This document shows positions 25,590-39,485 of a DNA stretch of 64,000 bases, in pieces. Source of the DNA: Octopus sinensis (lineage: Eukaryota); assembly GCF_006345805.1 (NCBI RefSeq), contig NC_043011.1:12660464-12724463 (forward strand), in the 5' to 3' direction. Each line of letters starts with the position of its first letter. The stretch's first letter is position 1. Under the pieces are notes generated by a model. That model was not told the DNA's origin, ran no database searches, and worked only from the letters and a program-made list of their open reading frames with translations. The position numbers and the translations under genes are program-made.

Positions 25590-25792
25590 AGTATATCTAT
25601 CTATGTATCCGCTCAGTCGAAGTCGACTCTTAGTTACTCGTTGGATCAGTGTCCTCCAGTCAGTTCTATCCTGGGCCGCTTCCTTCAGATTGACTATGTC
25701 CATTCCGGTATCACTTTTGATGGTGTCAAGCCAGCGGGTTCTTGGTCGGCCTCTTCCTCTCTTGCCACTGACCATTCCGAGCATGATGTCCT
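25590..25792 (-). mobile_element. RTE/BovB-like LINE 3' fragment
   Basis: MLGMVSGKRGRGRPRTRWLDTIK...AQDRTDWR. Confidence 0.85.
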
Positions 25793-27083
25793 TTTAAATA
25801 TTTTGTGGACCTAAGACATGCAGCAGAAGTTTTGAGTAATGACATAGGCCCAGTGATGGCTGTAATGTTCTTCAGTAGCGGACTGACTGTAAAAGTACTG
25901 GTTGCCAAGTGACAAAGGGGGCCCACCCACAACTCAATGCTATCATTTTATTTTTATAATGAATAAATAAAATTTTCAAAAAATACAAATGTGGAAATAA
26001 AACGATGCAATTAAAACTTTTGTGAAAAAAATTTTATATTTTTTCCTAATTAAAGTGTACATGTACTGTATATATTACTGGCAGCATAATACCAAATGCA
26101 AATACAGAATGTTATAATTGGATTTTTAAATAAGTTTTTTTGTTAAATGTATAATATGCTGTTATTTTGGAAATGTGTTATTTTGGAAATTTTTAACCAA
26201 ACTGAAAAAGTTTAATAAATCAATTTCACTATTTTTAATGAAGACTTTTTACTGTCAAAGAGATAGGAATGTTTTCTTATGAGAATCACAGCATTGCAGT
26301 CAACACCACATCTTCATACATGTGCATCATGTATTTGTTAATTCTTTACAAAGGAGATCTCTTGCAAACAACTTGTACATACCACATTATTTCTTACCAA
26401 ATATACAAATGCCAGGAATTGCATCAGCCCATCTAAAAATAAAGGATAAATTGACATGGTATTGATTTCTTCTACTTTTAATGTTTTACTTCCTTTTATT
26501 ATTCTTTTATCCCTGCTCTTACCATTATTCTTTTTATAAAGGCCTTATAGAATTTTTAACAAAACAGTGTATACTTCCAAAATAACAGCATATTGTATGT
26601 GTACCAGATTTTTTAAATTTTTAAATAATCGGTGGATATTTTTAAATAGTCTACTTGTATTGCACATTTTACATATTAACAAATAGTTGAAAAGTACAAA
26701 AGTGTATTACATGCAGCCTAATATATTAAGAGTAATTGTTTGAGTTCACTAGGTGGTTGTGAAAATCTGTCAATAATTGCTTCTGCATCCAATTCATCTA
26801 ACAATTCCATTTCAATGGATAGCAACTTGTATGATTCTAGGTTCTCCTTAGAATGTGAATTTCTTAACCTTGCCTTTATGATCTTTAGCTTTGAACATGT
26901 CCTCTTACATTGCACTTAGGTAACTGATAGTGGGCAGTTGACTTCATAAAGGTCATAAAGGTCATCATATGCTTTGTCATAAAGTCTGTTGAACATCAGA
27001 ATTTTTAGTACATACAATGGGCAAGTGCTGAAAATTTTAAGTTGTTGGAACTGAAAGCCATATTCCCATCATCATTAAACAAT

Positions 27084-27262
27084 AGACGTAGGAGTGGCTG
27101 TGTGGTAAGTAGCTTGTTTACCAGCCACATGGTTCTGGGTTCAGTCCCACTGTGTGGCACCTTGGGCAAGTGTCTTCTACTATAGCCTTGGGCCAACCAA
27201 GCCTTGTGAGTGGATTTGGTAGACGGAAACTGAAAGAAGCCCGTCGTATATATGTATATATG

Positions 27263-27299
<37 letters not shown>

Positions 27300-27500
27300 T
27301 TGTGTGTCTGCGTTTGTCCCCCCAACATCGCTTGACAACCAATGCTGGTGTGTTTACGTCCCCGTAACTTAGCAGTTCAGCAAAAGAGACCGATAGAATA
27401 AGTACTAGGCTTACAAAGAATAAGTCCTGGGGTCGATTTGCTCGACTAAAGTCGGTGCTCCAGCATGGCCACAGTCACATGACTGAAACAAGTAAAAAAA
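27084..27500 (+). mobile_element. SINE family A
   Basis: Full-length copy. Confidence 0.92.
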
Positions 27501-27962
27501 ATAGCATTAATATATCAAAGTTTGAAACAAAAGAAAACAATTCCAATTTTATTTGGTTTTTGCCGATTTGTGGAAACAACTTAATAATATCTTCCAATGC
27601 TTCAACTTCAAGGCCCTTCACTGCAATAATTTTAAACTTTGCTAGGTTCAAGCAGGATAAATCCTTATACAACTGTTTGTGTTGTACAAAGTTTCATTCT
27701 AGCACTGGACAATGTGATCCATTATTAGGTTAAACACATTTAGTAAAAAATCAGCTGGAGAACAAGGAATCATGTGTCATTTCTTCTTTTGCTGTCTCTT
27801 AACTGGCAATGCTGTTTTGAAAGCATCAATTTCCAATGTTTGATTTTTCATCCATATTCATCTATGAAATCTTGTCATTCCATATTTATTTACAAATTCC
27901 AAAGCCTTGCTGTGAACGTTATCAAATGTTCTTGTCTGTTCCTCCAACTTTGTTGTAGCTGA

Positions 27963-28198
27963 TTCTTTTTATTCTTTTATTCTTTTACTTGCTTCAGTCA
28001 TATGAGTGTGGCCATGCTGAAGCACCGTCTTTAGTCAAGCAAATTGACCCCAGGACTTATTCTTTGTAAGCCTAGTACTTATTCTATCAGTCTCTTTTAC
28101 TGAACTGCTAAGTTATGGGGACGTAAACACACCAGCATTGGTTGTGAAGCGATGGTGGGGGGGACAAACACAGACACACAAACATACTTATATATATA

Positions 28199-28239
<41 letters not shown>

Positions 28240-28400
28240 GACGGGCTTCTTTCAGTTTCCATCTACCAAATCCACTCAAGGCTTTTTTCAGCCTGAGGCT
28301 ATAGTAGAAAACATTTGCCCAAGGTTCCACGCAGTGGGACTGAACTCGGAACCATGTGGTTCATAAGCAAGCTACTTACCACGCAGCTACTCCTGTGCCT
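27963..28400 (-). mobile_element. SINE family A
   Basis: Full-length reverse copy. Confidence 0.9.
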
Positions 28401-28682
28401 GTGTATTATATATATGTGTGTGTGTGTATGTGTTTGTGTGTGTGTGTGTGTGTGTGAATGTGACAGACTTGAAAAAAGGGTTGCCACTACCCCTTGTTTC
28501 ATTCCTTACCTTGTCTTTTATAATATAGATCATTTGGAATTGTATTGAAAATTGTTAAAATACCTTGTGTTGTAGAAGTATAACCAATTTATTGCAGATA
28601 AATTTTAACAACTAACTAAATTCTTTATCTAAGGACACCCACTTGCCATCAGGCGATCTGGCAACCTGGCAGTCCACAACTG

Positions 28683-29240
28683 GTGTTTCTAATGAAGAAC
28701 CAAGAGTTGTATGATCAGCCAGTGCACTTGAAAGCGCTCGATTGTGTGTGGTTGGGCACAACAGAGTGTCTAACTAGGAAGTTGCTGTGGTTCCTATTTT
28801 TCTTAAAAGTGAGGAGAAGTAGTACAGGAAAGACTAGAACTATTGTGGGGCCAGACAATTGGCGGTGAGCTGGCAGAATCGTTAGCACGCCGGGCGAACA
28901 GTGTAGCCGTATTTTGTCTGCCGTTACGCTCTGAGTTCAACTTCCACCGAGGTCGACTTTGCCTTTCATCCTTTCGGGGTCGATAAATTAAGTACCAGTT
29001 ACACACTAGGGTCAATGTAATTGACTTAATCCGTTCATCTATCCTTGTTTGTCCCCTCTATATTTAGCCCCTTGTGAGTAATAAAGAAACAAATTGTGGG
29101 GCCAGACAGTAGGATTTCAAAGTTGTGGATGAATTTGTGCTTTAATGGAAAGTAAGGGAACATGAAATCTATTCTGTAAAGAAGGTAAGAGAGCAGTGGC
29201 ATGGTCAATGATCTGAGCCTGCTGTAGTGCAGTAACCACA
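28683..29240 (-). pseudogene. Penelope-like element coding remnant (minus arm)
   Basis: ALQQAQ..., HNFEILLSGP and LLTFKKNRNHSNFLVR resemble the PLE RT to GIY-YIG linker. Interrupted by SINE B. Confidence 0.6.
28858..29092 (+). mobile_element. SINE family B
   Basis: 16-bp TSD ATTGTGGGGCCAGACA at 28842-28857 and 29093-29108; tRNA-like head. Confidence 0.92.
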
Positions 29241-29780
29241 ACCAATCAATTGTACCTTTTATTTAAGAAGAAATGTCACATCCTGCACATTTATCCATGA
29301 CGTCCAAATCTATTCTCTGACCCCATAACAACTCTGATCTTTCCTGCAGCACCTCCTCATTTTCAAGAAAGACAAGAACCTCAGCAATCTCCTTGTTATC
29401 AGCTCCATGATACCTAACCATACATGGCATATTACTTTTAAGTGAATTTGCTGATGATGCAATACCTGTCCCTGCAATGACAACACTAAAACTGTCACAA
29501 GGTCTAAGTCATTACTCAAAACATCTGCTGTGAATCTTCAAACCTCACACATTGCATCATCGGCAAACTTTGTGATATGCTTTACTTCAAAGAACAGGTT
29601 GTTGCCTTGCCAATCACTTTCAGAAGTACATTTGAAGTACACCGTTATGTACGATAGACCAACCCGTCTCTCACTCGTTTCAACACAATGGGCCATTCCA
29701 TTATCCATTAATTAATGTGCAGCATCTCTAGTCATCATGGATCCACAAACCCAAGGAAACAAACAGAAAGCATAATGGTT
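29241..29780 (+). pseudogene. Penelope-like GIY-YIG region remnant (plus arm)
   Basis: FKKDKNLSNLLV, a C-x-x-C-x-T-C-P-like cluster, and a downstream HFN-x-x-GHS-like stretch (TTTCAACACAATGGGCCATTCC). Confidence 0.6.
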
Positions 29781-30832
29781 CATATTCAAACTCAGAACCA
29801 TGTCACTAAAGTTTCAATGACTGTTTTTCCCTTCTATTTCTACAATTCTTCTTAATTTTTATTCTCCAGCTTCCCTCTCCTTTTAATTTTTCCCTCCATC
29901 TCACTCTTGCTCACTTCTCTTCTCCTTTTTATTTCTCTTTCCTTCTCTCTCTTTATCGTCAAGTTTCTCTCTCCATCTACTTCCAGTCTATATATGAAAC
30001 CTCGCATTGTCTTCTCTTGTTCCTCATAAGTTACAGCCAGCAGCTCAAGCATAAACGATGTAAAACTCTGCAGTCTTTCTCTCTGTCTTTTTCCCTACTT
30101 CTTTCGTCTTAATCCTGAAGAAAGAATCCTGTCCAAAACATTGAAAATTTCACTCCCAACAGCAATTTCACTTCACTCTTCTTTATGTCACTTCTTCTAC
30201 ATGTGTGTGTGTGCTCGCATATGTGTGTGTGCATGCATGCATGCATGTATGTATGTACACCCACACACACATGCATGCACATTAAGTTATTATTATCAAA
30301 TTTTCAAAAAAAGGAAAGCTTTGCAAATATTCATATTTAACTGAGATTTTCTGGCAGTATATATGTATTAAGGGCATAGTTTGTTAAACAAATATAGACA
30401 AAATATAAATCATGCAAAACAATGATTTTAGCATTAAAAAACTGCACATATGCCACAACCTTACAATATACACTCAGATTTAAGTATTCCAAATATACAT
30501 GTGTATAGTGTGTGGGAGTGTATATGTGTTTTTATTATTAGTGTGTGTGCATTTTGTGAAAATGCAATTTAAGACCTTTTAAATATTTATGTTTTTCTCA
30601 GTTTATTTAAAAGCATAGAGTTTCTAGATCTTTACATACTTATCTCTTCATTTGTATGGCCAATGCAACAAAGCTACAGATCAACAGCATATATATGAAC
30701 AAGCTATTAGAATATATATCTGAGATACTACACCTACTAAAAATATACACTCCACACATAAATTGTAATACACGAATCAAATTCATACAAGCTGCACAAA
30801 AGTGATTCCTGGAGTTTACTACAATATTATGG

Positions 30833-31126
30833 TATTGTTGCCAGTACTGCCTGACTGGCCCCAAAATTCAAGCGAGGTCGTTGCCAGTACCACCTGACTG
30901 GCCCATGTGTAAAAATTCGAGCGAGGTCGTTGCCAGTACCGCCTGACTGGCCCCCGTGCCGGTGGCACGTAAAAGCACTCACTACACTCTCGGAGTGGTT
31001 GGCGTTCGGAAGGGCATCCAGCTGTTGAAACTCTGCCAGATCAAGACTGGAGCCTGGTGCAGCCCACAGTCAAACCGTCCAACCCATGCTAGCAGGGAAA
31101 GCGGATGTTAAACGACGACGACGAAG
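30833..31126 (+). mobile_element. RTE-type 3' tail with tandem subrepeats
   Basis: Repeated GTTGCCAGTAC(C)GCCTGACTGGCCC units followed by the family tail and (GAC)n. Confidence 0.85.
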
Positions 31127-31399
31127 ATAAGGGTGTAGCAAAGAAGCATCATGATGTGAATTTAAGGAGTGGTGAAGATGACAAACAGCAAAACTTATAC
31201 AAATTAATAGTTGTTCATAAATTTGTCACCTGCATTCCACATTCTAATAGCATGATGCTATTTAATGAATAATATAAAATATAAATAATAATGCATATAA
31301 TAACTATAATATATGTTTTAGACACGTAGTAATGGTAGAGTCTAAGGAGAAGTATTGGCAGAATAGTATCAAATATTAAATATATGGCTTTATTCCATC

Positions 31400-32350
31400 A
31401 CTTACAGACAATTTATTCCCAATGTGCCTGATATGCCAAAAAGTGTTTTCCAATGAAACCTTCAAGGCTAGAAAAGCACTTTAAATAAATTTCACACTGT
31501 CGAGACAAATAAAGATTCTTCTTATATTGAAGCACTTCCAGATTAATTTTGCAAATAGCTTGATAACGTTGACGATGTCTTCATGTGCTTCAATGCAAGA
31601 AAATAATGGGTTGTGTGCCTTTTACAAAATTTCAGAAAGCTGTATACTGCTTGTAAAGAAAAGATTGATCCTTACCATGGTGCCTGAGCCACAGGCTGAC
31701 ATAATCAATACAACCAATTTACAAAATAGGCAACAATATGGAAGACAGATTCTGTAATTTTTTGAAAACTGCCCAATTTTTTATGTAAATGGATGATTTA
31801 ACTCTGCCAGGGGACAAAGCTTTGCTGTTAGATTGCATTCAGTATATAAATGAAGAGATTATTATTTGCCCAGCATTTGGTAACAAATACTAAAGGTGAG
31901 TTGATAGTTTTTGTTTGTGTAAGAGTTTTTGAAAGAGAAGGAGATTCTTCCTACAAATGTGTTTGTCAATTGGTCCTGTGTGGAGAAGTTCTTTTCTAGA
32001 AATGGGGCCAGTGTATTGGTGGTACATTGCTTGATTTGTCATGTAATTAGGGGGAAAAAAACCGTTATTAATTACTTGTATCGTTGCAATACTTCATTAC
32101 AGAAATTAACAATATCAGAAATGATTACCTCTGAATATTTGATTATTTGAAGAATGGAGCAAATAAAGTGATTCTGAATCTAATCAGTTGCTATTCCACA
32201 CTGAAACTCACAAGTTGTGGAATGGCACCTGCCTGAATTGCTTTTACAGTTCTTTTGGCACAGTTTTAGAATTCTTTGAAAGCAAATAAATTTCTCTGAG
32301 ACAATTTGAATAAGTTTAAAATTGACATGGTTTCTATGGGAAATTTATAT
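31400..32350 (+). pseudogene. Charlie/Buster-type hAT transposase remnant
   Basis: PMCLICQKVFSNE / KPSRLEKHF (BED-type finger), MDDLTLPGDKALLL (LDEST-like), and TNTKGE. Confidence 0.75.
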
Positions 32351-32943
32351 TTCAAGTTTAATAAAATGAGTTTGCATTACAAGAACATGAACTAAATTTG
32401 ATTAAAATAAAGGCTGTTCCATGTGTATTTGTTTCAAAACTAGATCTGTTCAAATGTAACTTGAGACATGCAAAAATTTACTAATTCTTGAACCTTTCTG
32501 TGCTCAAAGACAAGGAAGAGATACTAAAACTCAAATTTAAAAATGGGTATCATCATTTCTGGTTGTAGTTCTAAATTACAAATCTTTACTCTCAATCATG
32601 AGTCATTGTGACATAAGATCTTAATTCCATTTTCCTTGTTATATTCAGCTGAACATGGAATTAGTTGCTACAAGGAAGAAAAATTAACTACAACTAGTCA
32701 AACTAAGTAATTTAAGGATGCTTGGGCATCCCTGGGGAAAAAATTAGTTTCTTCAAATCAGACCCATCCTTTACATTAATAAATCAAATAACTAAATAAT
32801 TTTAGGTACCTTTGTGCAATTACATTTTTTGGTTTAAAACATATATTTGAATATTAAAAAATTATCAAAATTTATTTTTAATGCCTCATTTTTAACTGAC
32901 ACTACAAGAGGACACTGATAAAATATATGCTCAAAAAAAAGAA

Positions 32944-33919
32944 GGATCTTTTCCTTTTCCTGGGCAGCTCAATTAATTTTCTTTAAACTTTGAAACTTTG
33001 TTACTGGTAGAATGTGTCATATAGAATATCTTTTATTCTTAGCATTGTTGACCAAAGTTTCTACTTACAAAGTTATTTCACATTAAAGTTCTCGTATTTC
33101 GTTAATTTCAACCAATCAATGACATGTATTCAGCTGAATAAAATGACTGCCGTTGTTTGTCAATAACAACTATCGGTGGTGTATTTTTCATTTGTCACTG
33201 TTATTTGTGACATCATTCGTGCGTTTGTACTGGTTTTAGCTTTAGGGTTTTAGGGGTTAAGGTTTTAGGGTTGGGGTTTTAGGGTTAGGGTTAGGGTTGG
33301 AGTTTTAGAATTAGGGTTATGGAAAAAAGTGTAAAATGAAGAAATTGGAGGGAGAGGGGTAAGGGAGTGTCAAAAAATTTCAAAATTCCGATTTTTGGCA
33401 ATTTTCCAGAATCTCCGTGTCCGAAAAGCTGGGTTTTTGGCAAAAAATTTTTTAAAAAACAGTAATTTGCGAGAAAATGGGGGTGGGCAGGAGGAAGTCT
33501 TTCTGAAAATAGTAGCTGAAAAACAGGAACAAAAAACCCCAAAAGCAGTAGAAATTCACAAACGATTATGGTGGTGCCATGAAGTAAACATGCTTCAGAT
33601 ACACCCGTTTATTCATATGAAGGTAACTGAGATGAAATATGTCATAAATAACAGTGACAAACGAAATATACACCACCAGAAGTTGTTGCTGACAAACAAC
33701 ATCAGTAATTTTATTGAGCTGAATACACGTCATTGATTGGTTGAAATTACCAAAACATGACAACTTTAACACGAAATAACTTCATAAATATAAACTTTTC
33801 TCAAAAACGCTAAGAGTAAAAGATATTCTATATGACACATTCTACCAGTGTCCGAAGTTTCAAAGTGTTTAGTTAAAGAAAATTAATTAATTAAGCTGTC
33901 CATGAAAATGAAAAGATCC
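32944..33919. mobile_element. GGATC-ended fold-back TIR element with telomere-like core
   Basis: Terminal 26-bp TIR (GGATCTTTTC(C/A)TTTTC...) extending as imperfect arms of about 270 bp, with a TTAGGG-like tract at 33232-33322. Confidence 0.8.
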
Positions 33920-34251
33920 AAAAGGAGCCCCAGTCTGGAAAAAAAATTAAAAAACAGTATACAAAATTTTGTTGTACCCAATCATAAACTAATACTAATA
34001 ATATATTACAAGAAAAAAAAAAACATTAAATTTAAACTCACTTTACCTATAACAAAATAATATATGCTATGAAAGAGCAATGTAATTTACAAATTAGATT
34101 GTAAACATGAAAATTGTAAAGGTCACAACTTTGTTGCATCAACCAGATAAGTATGACAGTTTCTTGCAGGTTTAACACACATTTTACAAAGAGAAACAAT
34201 CCCAAAGCATTACATAACATATCATAAAATAACACTTGATAGGAAAACATG

Positions 34252-34540
34252 TTCCTTCTCGAGCCATGTCTGGCTGATAAGGGCTGGTTTCCTGGCATAT
34301 ATGTTCCCCACCTGGACGGGATGCCCATCCGTCGCAGGTGAGCTGCAAGATGCAGGATGAAGGAATGAGAGAAAGTTGTGGCAAAAGAGTCAGCAGAAGT
34401 TCGCCATTACCTTCTGCCAGAGCCACATGGAGCTTAGATGTTTCGCTCATAAACACACACATCACCCGGTCTGAGATTTGAACCCACAATCCCTCGACCG
34501 CGAGTCCGCTGCTCTAACCACTAGGCCATGTGTTTCCACT
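34252..34540 (-). mobile_element. SINE family C
   Basis: 13-bp TSD ATAGGAAAACATG at 34239-34251 and 34541-34553. Confidence 0.92.
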
Positions 34541-34914
34541 ATAGGAAAACATGAGTAAACAGTATATCAACCTATACGGTATTCACAACAAAACTAGTTG
34601 ATGACTGATGGAAGAGATTTTAATAACCCAAAGCAACGAATACATAGATAACACATTAGATATTGACAAATAAAAATATAAATAAAGCAGTCAATGGTCA
34701 AAAATTGTAGAAAACCAGTTGTAATACCACCACTAATGAAAATCAATCCCTTTGTAAATAGCCGTCAGTAACTAACCCTAACACCAATCATTCCAGCAAG
34801 AAGATAAGATTCTAGGAACTTCACTACTTCAGACATATGGCAAACATAAACAAAGAAAAGTAAAATACACCAGTGAGAGAGAGAGAGAGATTAATACAGC
34901 AGAGGGGATGATAT

Positions 34915-35115
34915 ATTTCTTTACTACCCACAAGGGGTTAAACACAGAGGGGACAAACAAGGACAGACAAACAGATTAAGTCGATTATATCGACCCCAGT
35001 GCGTAACTGGTACTTAATTTATCGACCCCAGAAGGATGAAAGGCAAAGTTGACCTTGGTGGAATTTGAACTCAGAACGTAACGGCAGACGAAATACGGCT
35101 ACGCATTTCGCCCAG
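34915..35115 (-). mobile_element. SINE family B (5'-truncated)
   Basis: Homologous to 6217-6438. Confidence 0.88.
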
Positions 35116-35178
35116 CTCACTGCAGATGGGATGATAGCAATACATCAAAGAATGAGAAACAAGCTGACTGAGGGAGTC

Positions 35179-35218
<40 letters not shown>

Positions 35219-36597
35219 CTGGTGAAGAGAGAAATATACTGATAGAAATTTATGAATGAGAGATAGTAAAACACCAGAGAAATAGGGAGTAAAAGAGAAA
35301 GAGAGGATGGCAGCAACAGATGTCTTTAGTAGAGACTTCACCATCAAATGAAGCTAAAAAAAATATATATATAAGACAACTACCAGTGCAAAACCTCTAG
35401 ACACAAATTGTGTAGAAATCAATTGTGTAGAAAACAATCTCCAAATGATACTATCCTAAACCAGCTTCTTTGGTTTAACCTTACTTCAACCATCATCTGT
35501 TGTTTGACCCTTTTTTTGACCCTTTCTTAATAGGTTTACTTGAACCTAGCAGATTATCAACTAAACAAGAAGAAAACTGTTTTGAAACTACCAGCTAGTG
35601 TCTCTTTAAACTCTCCTTCTCTCCCTCTCCATCTCTCCCTTTCTCTCTGTCTTCTGTCTCTTTCTCCGCATCTGCATCACCCTCCTCTTTCTCTCCTTTC
35701 TTATTTCCATTTTTAATGATGTGGAAATAAGCCTCCGGCACATCTTCATCCCAATGTTGGGCCACTCAAGAACTCCCAATTCTCAGACAAATTGTTAAAG
35801 AAATATTTTCGAGCTCATTAAATAGTTGTTATGTCTATCAACTAATTTGATCATTTATGCAGTGGCAATTAATATTTCATATTCTGATAGGCCAATTAAT
35901 ATAAATGTATTATAGAGTGATGTTGACATCTATACACATCAATAGTACAGGAATTGGCAGTTTTGTCATTAACAATGTATGGATGAATAACCAATGTGAG
36001 CTGGCTCTAGATAATATCTATAGTTCATAATAGATGACAAAGATAAGATTCCAGATTTAAAATGTTGAAGTCACATAATTCACACAGTGTGAGTTTGAAA
36101 AAGGCAATTTCTGAGACCTGATTAAATAAAGCTGTCTGCAGAGAAAGTATAAAAACAAATATGTTTTTGTTTTTTAATATATTCTTTAGATTTTACTGTT
36201 AATCTGTGGACTTCATTCTTTCATCTACATTTTTGCAGTATTTTGTTGTTCATCTATTTATTATATTATTTGGTATCAATAGTCTCCACACTTAATTTCT
36301 TAATTTTCATTGTTAATCTTTTTATTATAATCATTATTTTATACTAATAGTTTTTACTGGTAGGCCATCTACTGTATTCAATAGTCTTTATAGTTAAGTT
36401 TAATGCTATATTCTTTACATTAGCCTTGACTCTCTATCTAAACTGACCTGATTTATTTCTGAACTCAATGTATGGAATAGATTGGTATAAATATAAATAT
36501 ATATATATAGTTCATAGATGAGAATTAAATATTCTCCATATAGAATATATAGTTAGTGTGTGCGTGCATGTGCACACATATGTGTGTGCCTGTGGGC

Positions 36598-36633
<36 letters not shown>

Positions 36634-37758
36634 TTGGTAGTGACAGAGATGGCGCCAGCAATGGCATTGCCAGTTATCGTTTTTACACAGGCTTTTCTCC
36701 ATGTTTGCACAGATTTTATGTGATTATTCAGGTAGCATTCAAGAATAATTACATGTCTTTGCATGTTAAAATGGCCAAGCTACCAGAATTTTCGCTTATG
36801 CATGACAAACAATGTCACCACTGTCAAAGTGTAGTCAATGCAAGGACACATGGAAACACACACACACACACACACACACATGTATGCATATATCATAATC
36901 ACATCTACTTTTCCATGGTGCTTTACCATTTGTTGTAGTCATTTGGTTATCTCTGAGCTCAACCTGTTCTATTTCTGCATCAGTCTTTTCTTGTCTTTTC
37001 TCTTCCACAGTTTCCTTTCTCTTAGATATCCTAGCACTTCTTTATCTATTTATCTTGCATAGGCATCATAGTCTTCATATTTCAACACCAAAGCTGATTC
37101 CTCTTATACCTAATTTATTTTCCATCTGATCCCTACCATGTCATTCATGCACACTAATACTACACATTCAGCAGAGCAGGCTTGCTTCATTCTTCCTTTG
37201 TATCAGTGTCTATGTCTCACAAGCAGCAGAGAGAGAAAGAGAAAGGGAGAGAGGGCAGAAACAGGTGTGCTGCTGTAAAAGAGATACATGGTTACCTAGT
37301 CAGAGGGAAGAGTAAGAGAAGGAGAGAGAGATAGGCATGCCACTGGAGAGGAAACACATGGTCCCCTAGACAGAGAGATAGAAAGATAAAGGGAGAGAGA
37401 GTGATCAAGAATGAGGGCAGAAATAGGTGGGCTGAGGAGATACATGGTTATCTAGCCAGAGGGAAGAGCAAGGGGAAGAAAGAGGGAGAGAGAGAGAGAG
37501 TGAGACAGCAAGAGCAGGAGAGAGTTTGGTGGTGAAGTACCAGGGCACACACACACACAAGGAACAGGGGTCAGGACACAAATGGGATGGTAGAGTAAGG
37601 AAGAGAGAGATAAATAGTGGCAGGGGCCTGCATGGTATTGCCAAGAAGCAAGTAGGGAGTGAGGCTGGGGAATGCAGTGACCGGTGAGAACCCGGGTATG
37701 TAGAGGGGATGGGGGAAACAGACAGTCAGACAGACAGATAGATGTTGATAGACATATT

Positions 37759-38153
37759 ACTCTCTTTTACTCTTTTACTTGTTTCAGTCATTTGACTGCG
37801 GCCATGCTGGAGCACCGCCTTTAGTCAACCAAATCGACCCTGGGATTTATTCTTTGTAAGCTCAGTACTTATTCTATCGGTCTCTTTTGCCAATCCGCTA
37901 GGTGATGGGGACGTAAACACACCAGCAAAGGTTGTCAAGCAATGCTAGGGGGACAAACACAGACACATACATACATATATACATACACATATATGACAGG
38001 CTTCTTTAAGTTTCCGTTTACCAAATCCACTCACAAGGCATTGGTCGGCCTGGGGCTATAGCAGAAGACACTTGCCCAAGGTGCCACGCAGTGGGACTGA
38101 ACCCGGAACCATGTGGTTGGTTAGCAAGCTACTTACCACACAGCCACTCCTGT
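37759..38153 (-). mobile_element. SINE family A
   Basis: Full-length reverse copy. Confidence 0.92.
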
Positions 38154-39049
38154 TTCACCAATAAAACATCACAATATGTGTGTGTGCATGCATGTGGATA
38201 AGTACACCTGCTTGTATCGTGTATATGTATTACATGCACACACACACATGCATACATGTGCAATCATACATATATTCCTTTTTAGTGTGCATGTGCATTC
38301 AAAAATTATGTCAAATGGCATAATTTTTGTTTAGATTTTTTTGTTGCTAATTCCTTTTTATTAGATGGTAAATGTTTAAATGCATTTTTGCTTTATATGT
38401 CTTATCCCGATTAATATATTAATCAAAATATTTTTGGTAATTAATGAAATTATCATCAATTTATCTTTAATAACCGACCAATATATTAACAGCCTCAATT
38501 AGCTGCAGTTTACAGTAATGTTTGTGATCCGACGCAAAAACATGCTGCTGTACAGTGTATTTTTGCATTAACCTTTTTTTTTTAATATAAGGAAAACCCA
38601 AGAGCAGGTGACTAGAGAGAGAGAGAGCATAGAAAAGAAAGTGAGAGATTACAGTGGCAAAAAAGATGGTATGATAAATGGAGAATGCAGATTAGAAATG
38701 AAAACTGGGGTAAGAAGAACAATATTTTACATGTTGCAGTGTGCAAAGCTATATTTTATATGATACCGTTGTATTTTTGAGCATTATTCACAATATTCCA
38801 TAATTCAATAGTATTTCAATTCCAGCAATGTCAACATGTTAAACCCTTTTATTATCTCTTTTATTATGTATGTATGCGTATGTGAGCCTGTGAATGAGTG
38901 CATGTAATTCCTATGCTGACAGGATTTGGATGTGTTGACATGCTCCGACGTATTTCTTATTCAGAGTTGCTGCGATCCTCAATGGATCAGTGACTATGCC
39001 TTACTTATAGATTCTCTTTTTGGCATTTACCTACACGTGATTAGATACT

Positions 39050-39098
<49 letters not shown>

Positions 39099-39259
39099 TA
39101 CACAGATATGATCAATGTCAATAGAACTATGTGTAGCTAGCCATCCTAATTCTTTGTCATCTCCTCCATGAGATCCTGATCAGCGATTTGATATATATAG
39201 ATATATATAGAAGTAATCAACCCATCAAGCCAAGAAAAATCACAGTTGTGACAGATACT

Positions 39260-39450
39260 GGTGTCACGCAAATGGCACCCATGCAGGTGGCACATAAAAG
39301 CACCCATTGCATTCTTTGAGCGGTTAGCCTTATGAAGGGCATCCAGCCGTGGAAACTGTATCAAAACAAACTGGAGTCTGGTGCGGCCTCCCAGCTTGTC
39401 AACCCTGGTCAAGCTGTGCAACCCATGCCAACATGGACAATGGACGTTAA

Positions 39451-39484
<34 letters not shown>

Positions 39485-39485
39485 C
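39260..39485 (+). mobile_element. RTE-type 3' tail fragment
   Basis: GGGCATCCAGC...AACCCATGCCAACATGG followed by (GAT)n. Confidence 0.8.

Larger units (their letters stand above)
25873..28682 (-). mobile_element. Degenerate hAT (ZMYM-like) transposon with two nested SINEs
   Basis: ORF 26718..26915 (CKRTCSKLK...LLSIEMELLDELDAEAIIDRF) matches the hAT C-terminal dimerisation domain. Candidate TIRs CAGTAGCGGACTG and CAGTTGTGGACTG (reverse complement at 28670-28682). TSD is poor, so the boundaries are uncertain. Confidence 0.65.

Noticed and set aside
26398-26432. 35-bp minus-strand exon-like segment with good splice sites
   Set aside because: Lies within the putative hAT element, the frame is ambiguous, and I recognise no homology.
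30833-30955. Repeat-spacer-like array (also 57930-58250)
   Set aside because: Eukaryotic LINE 3' UTR subrepeats; spacers are not unique and there are no cas genes, so not CRISPR.
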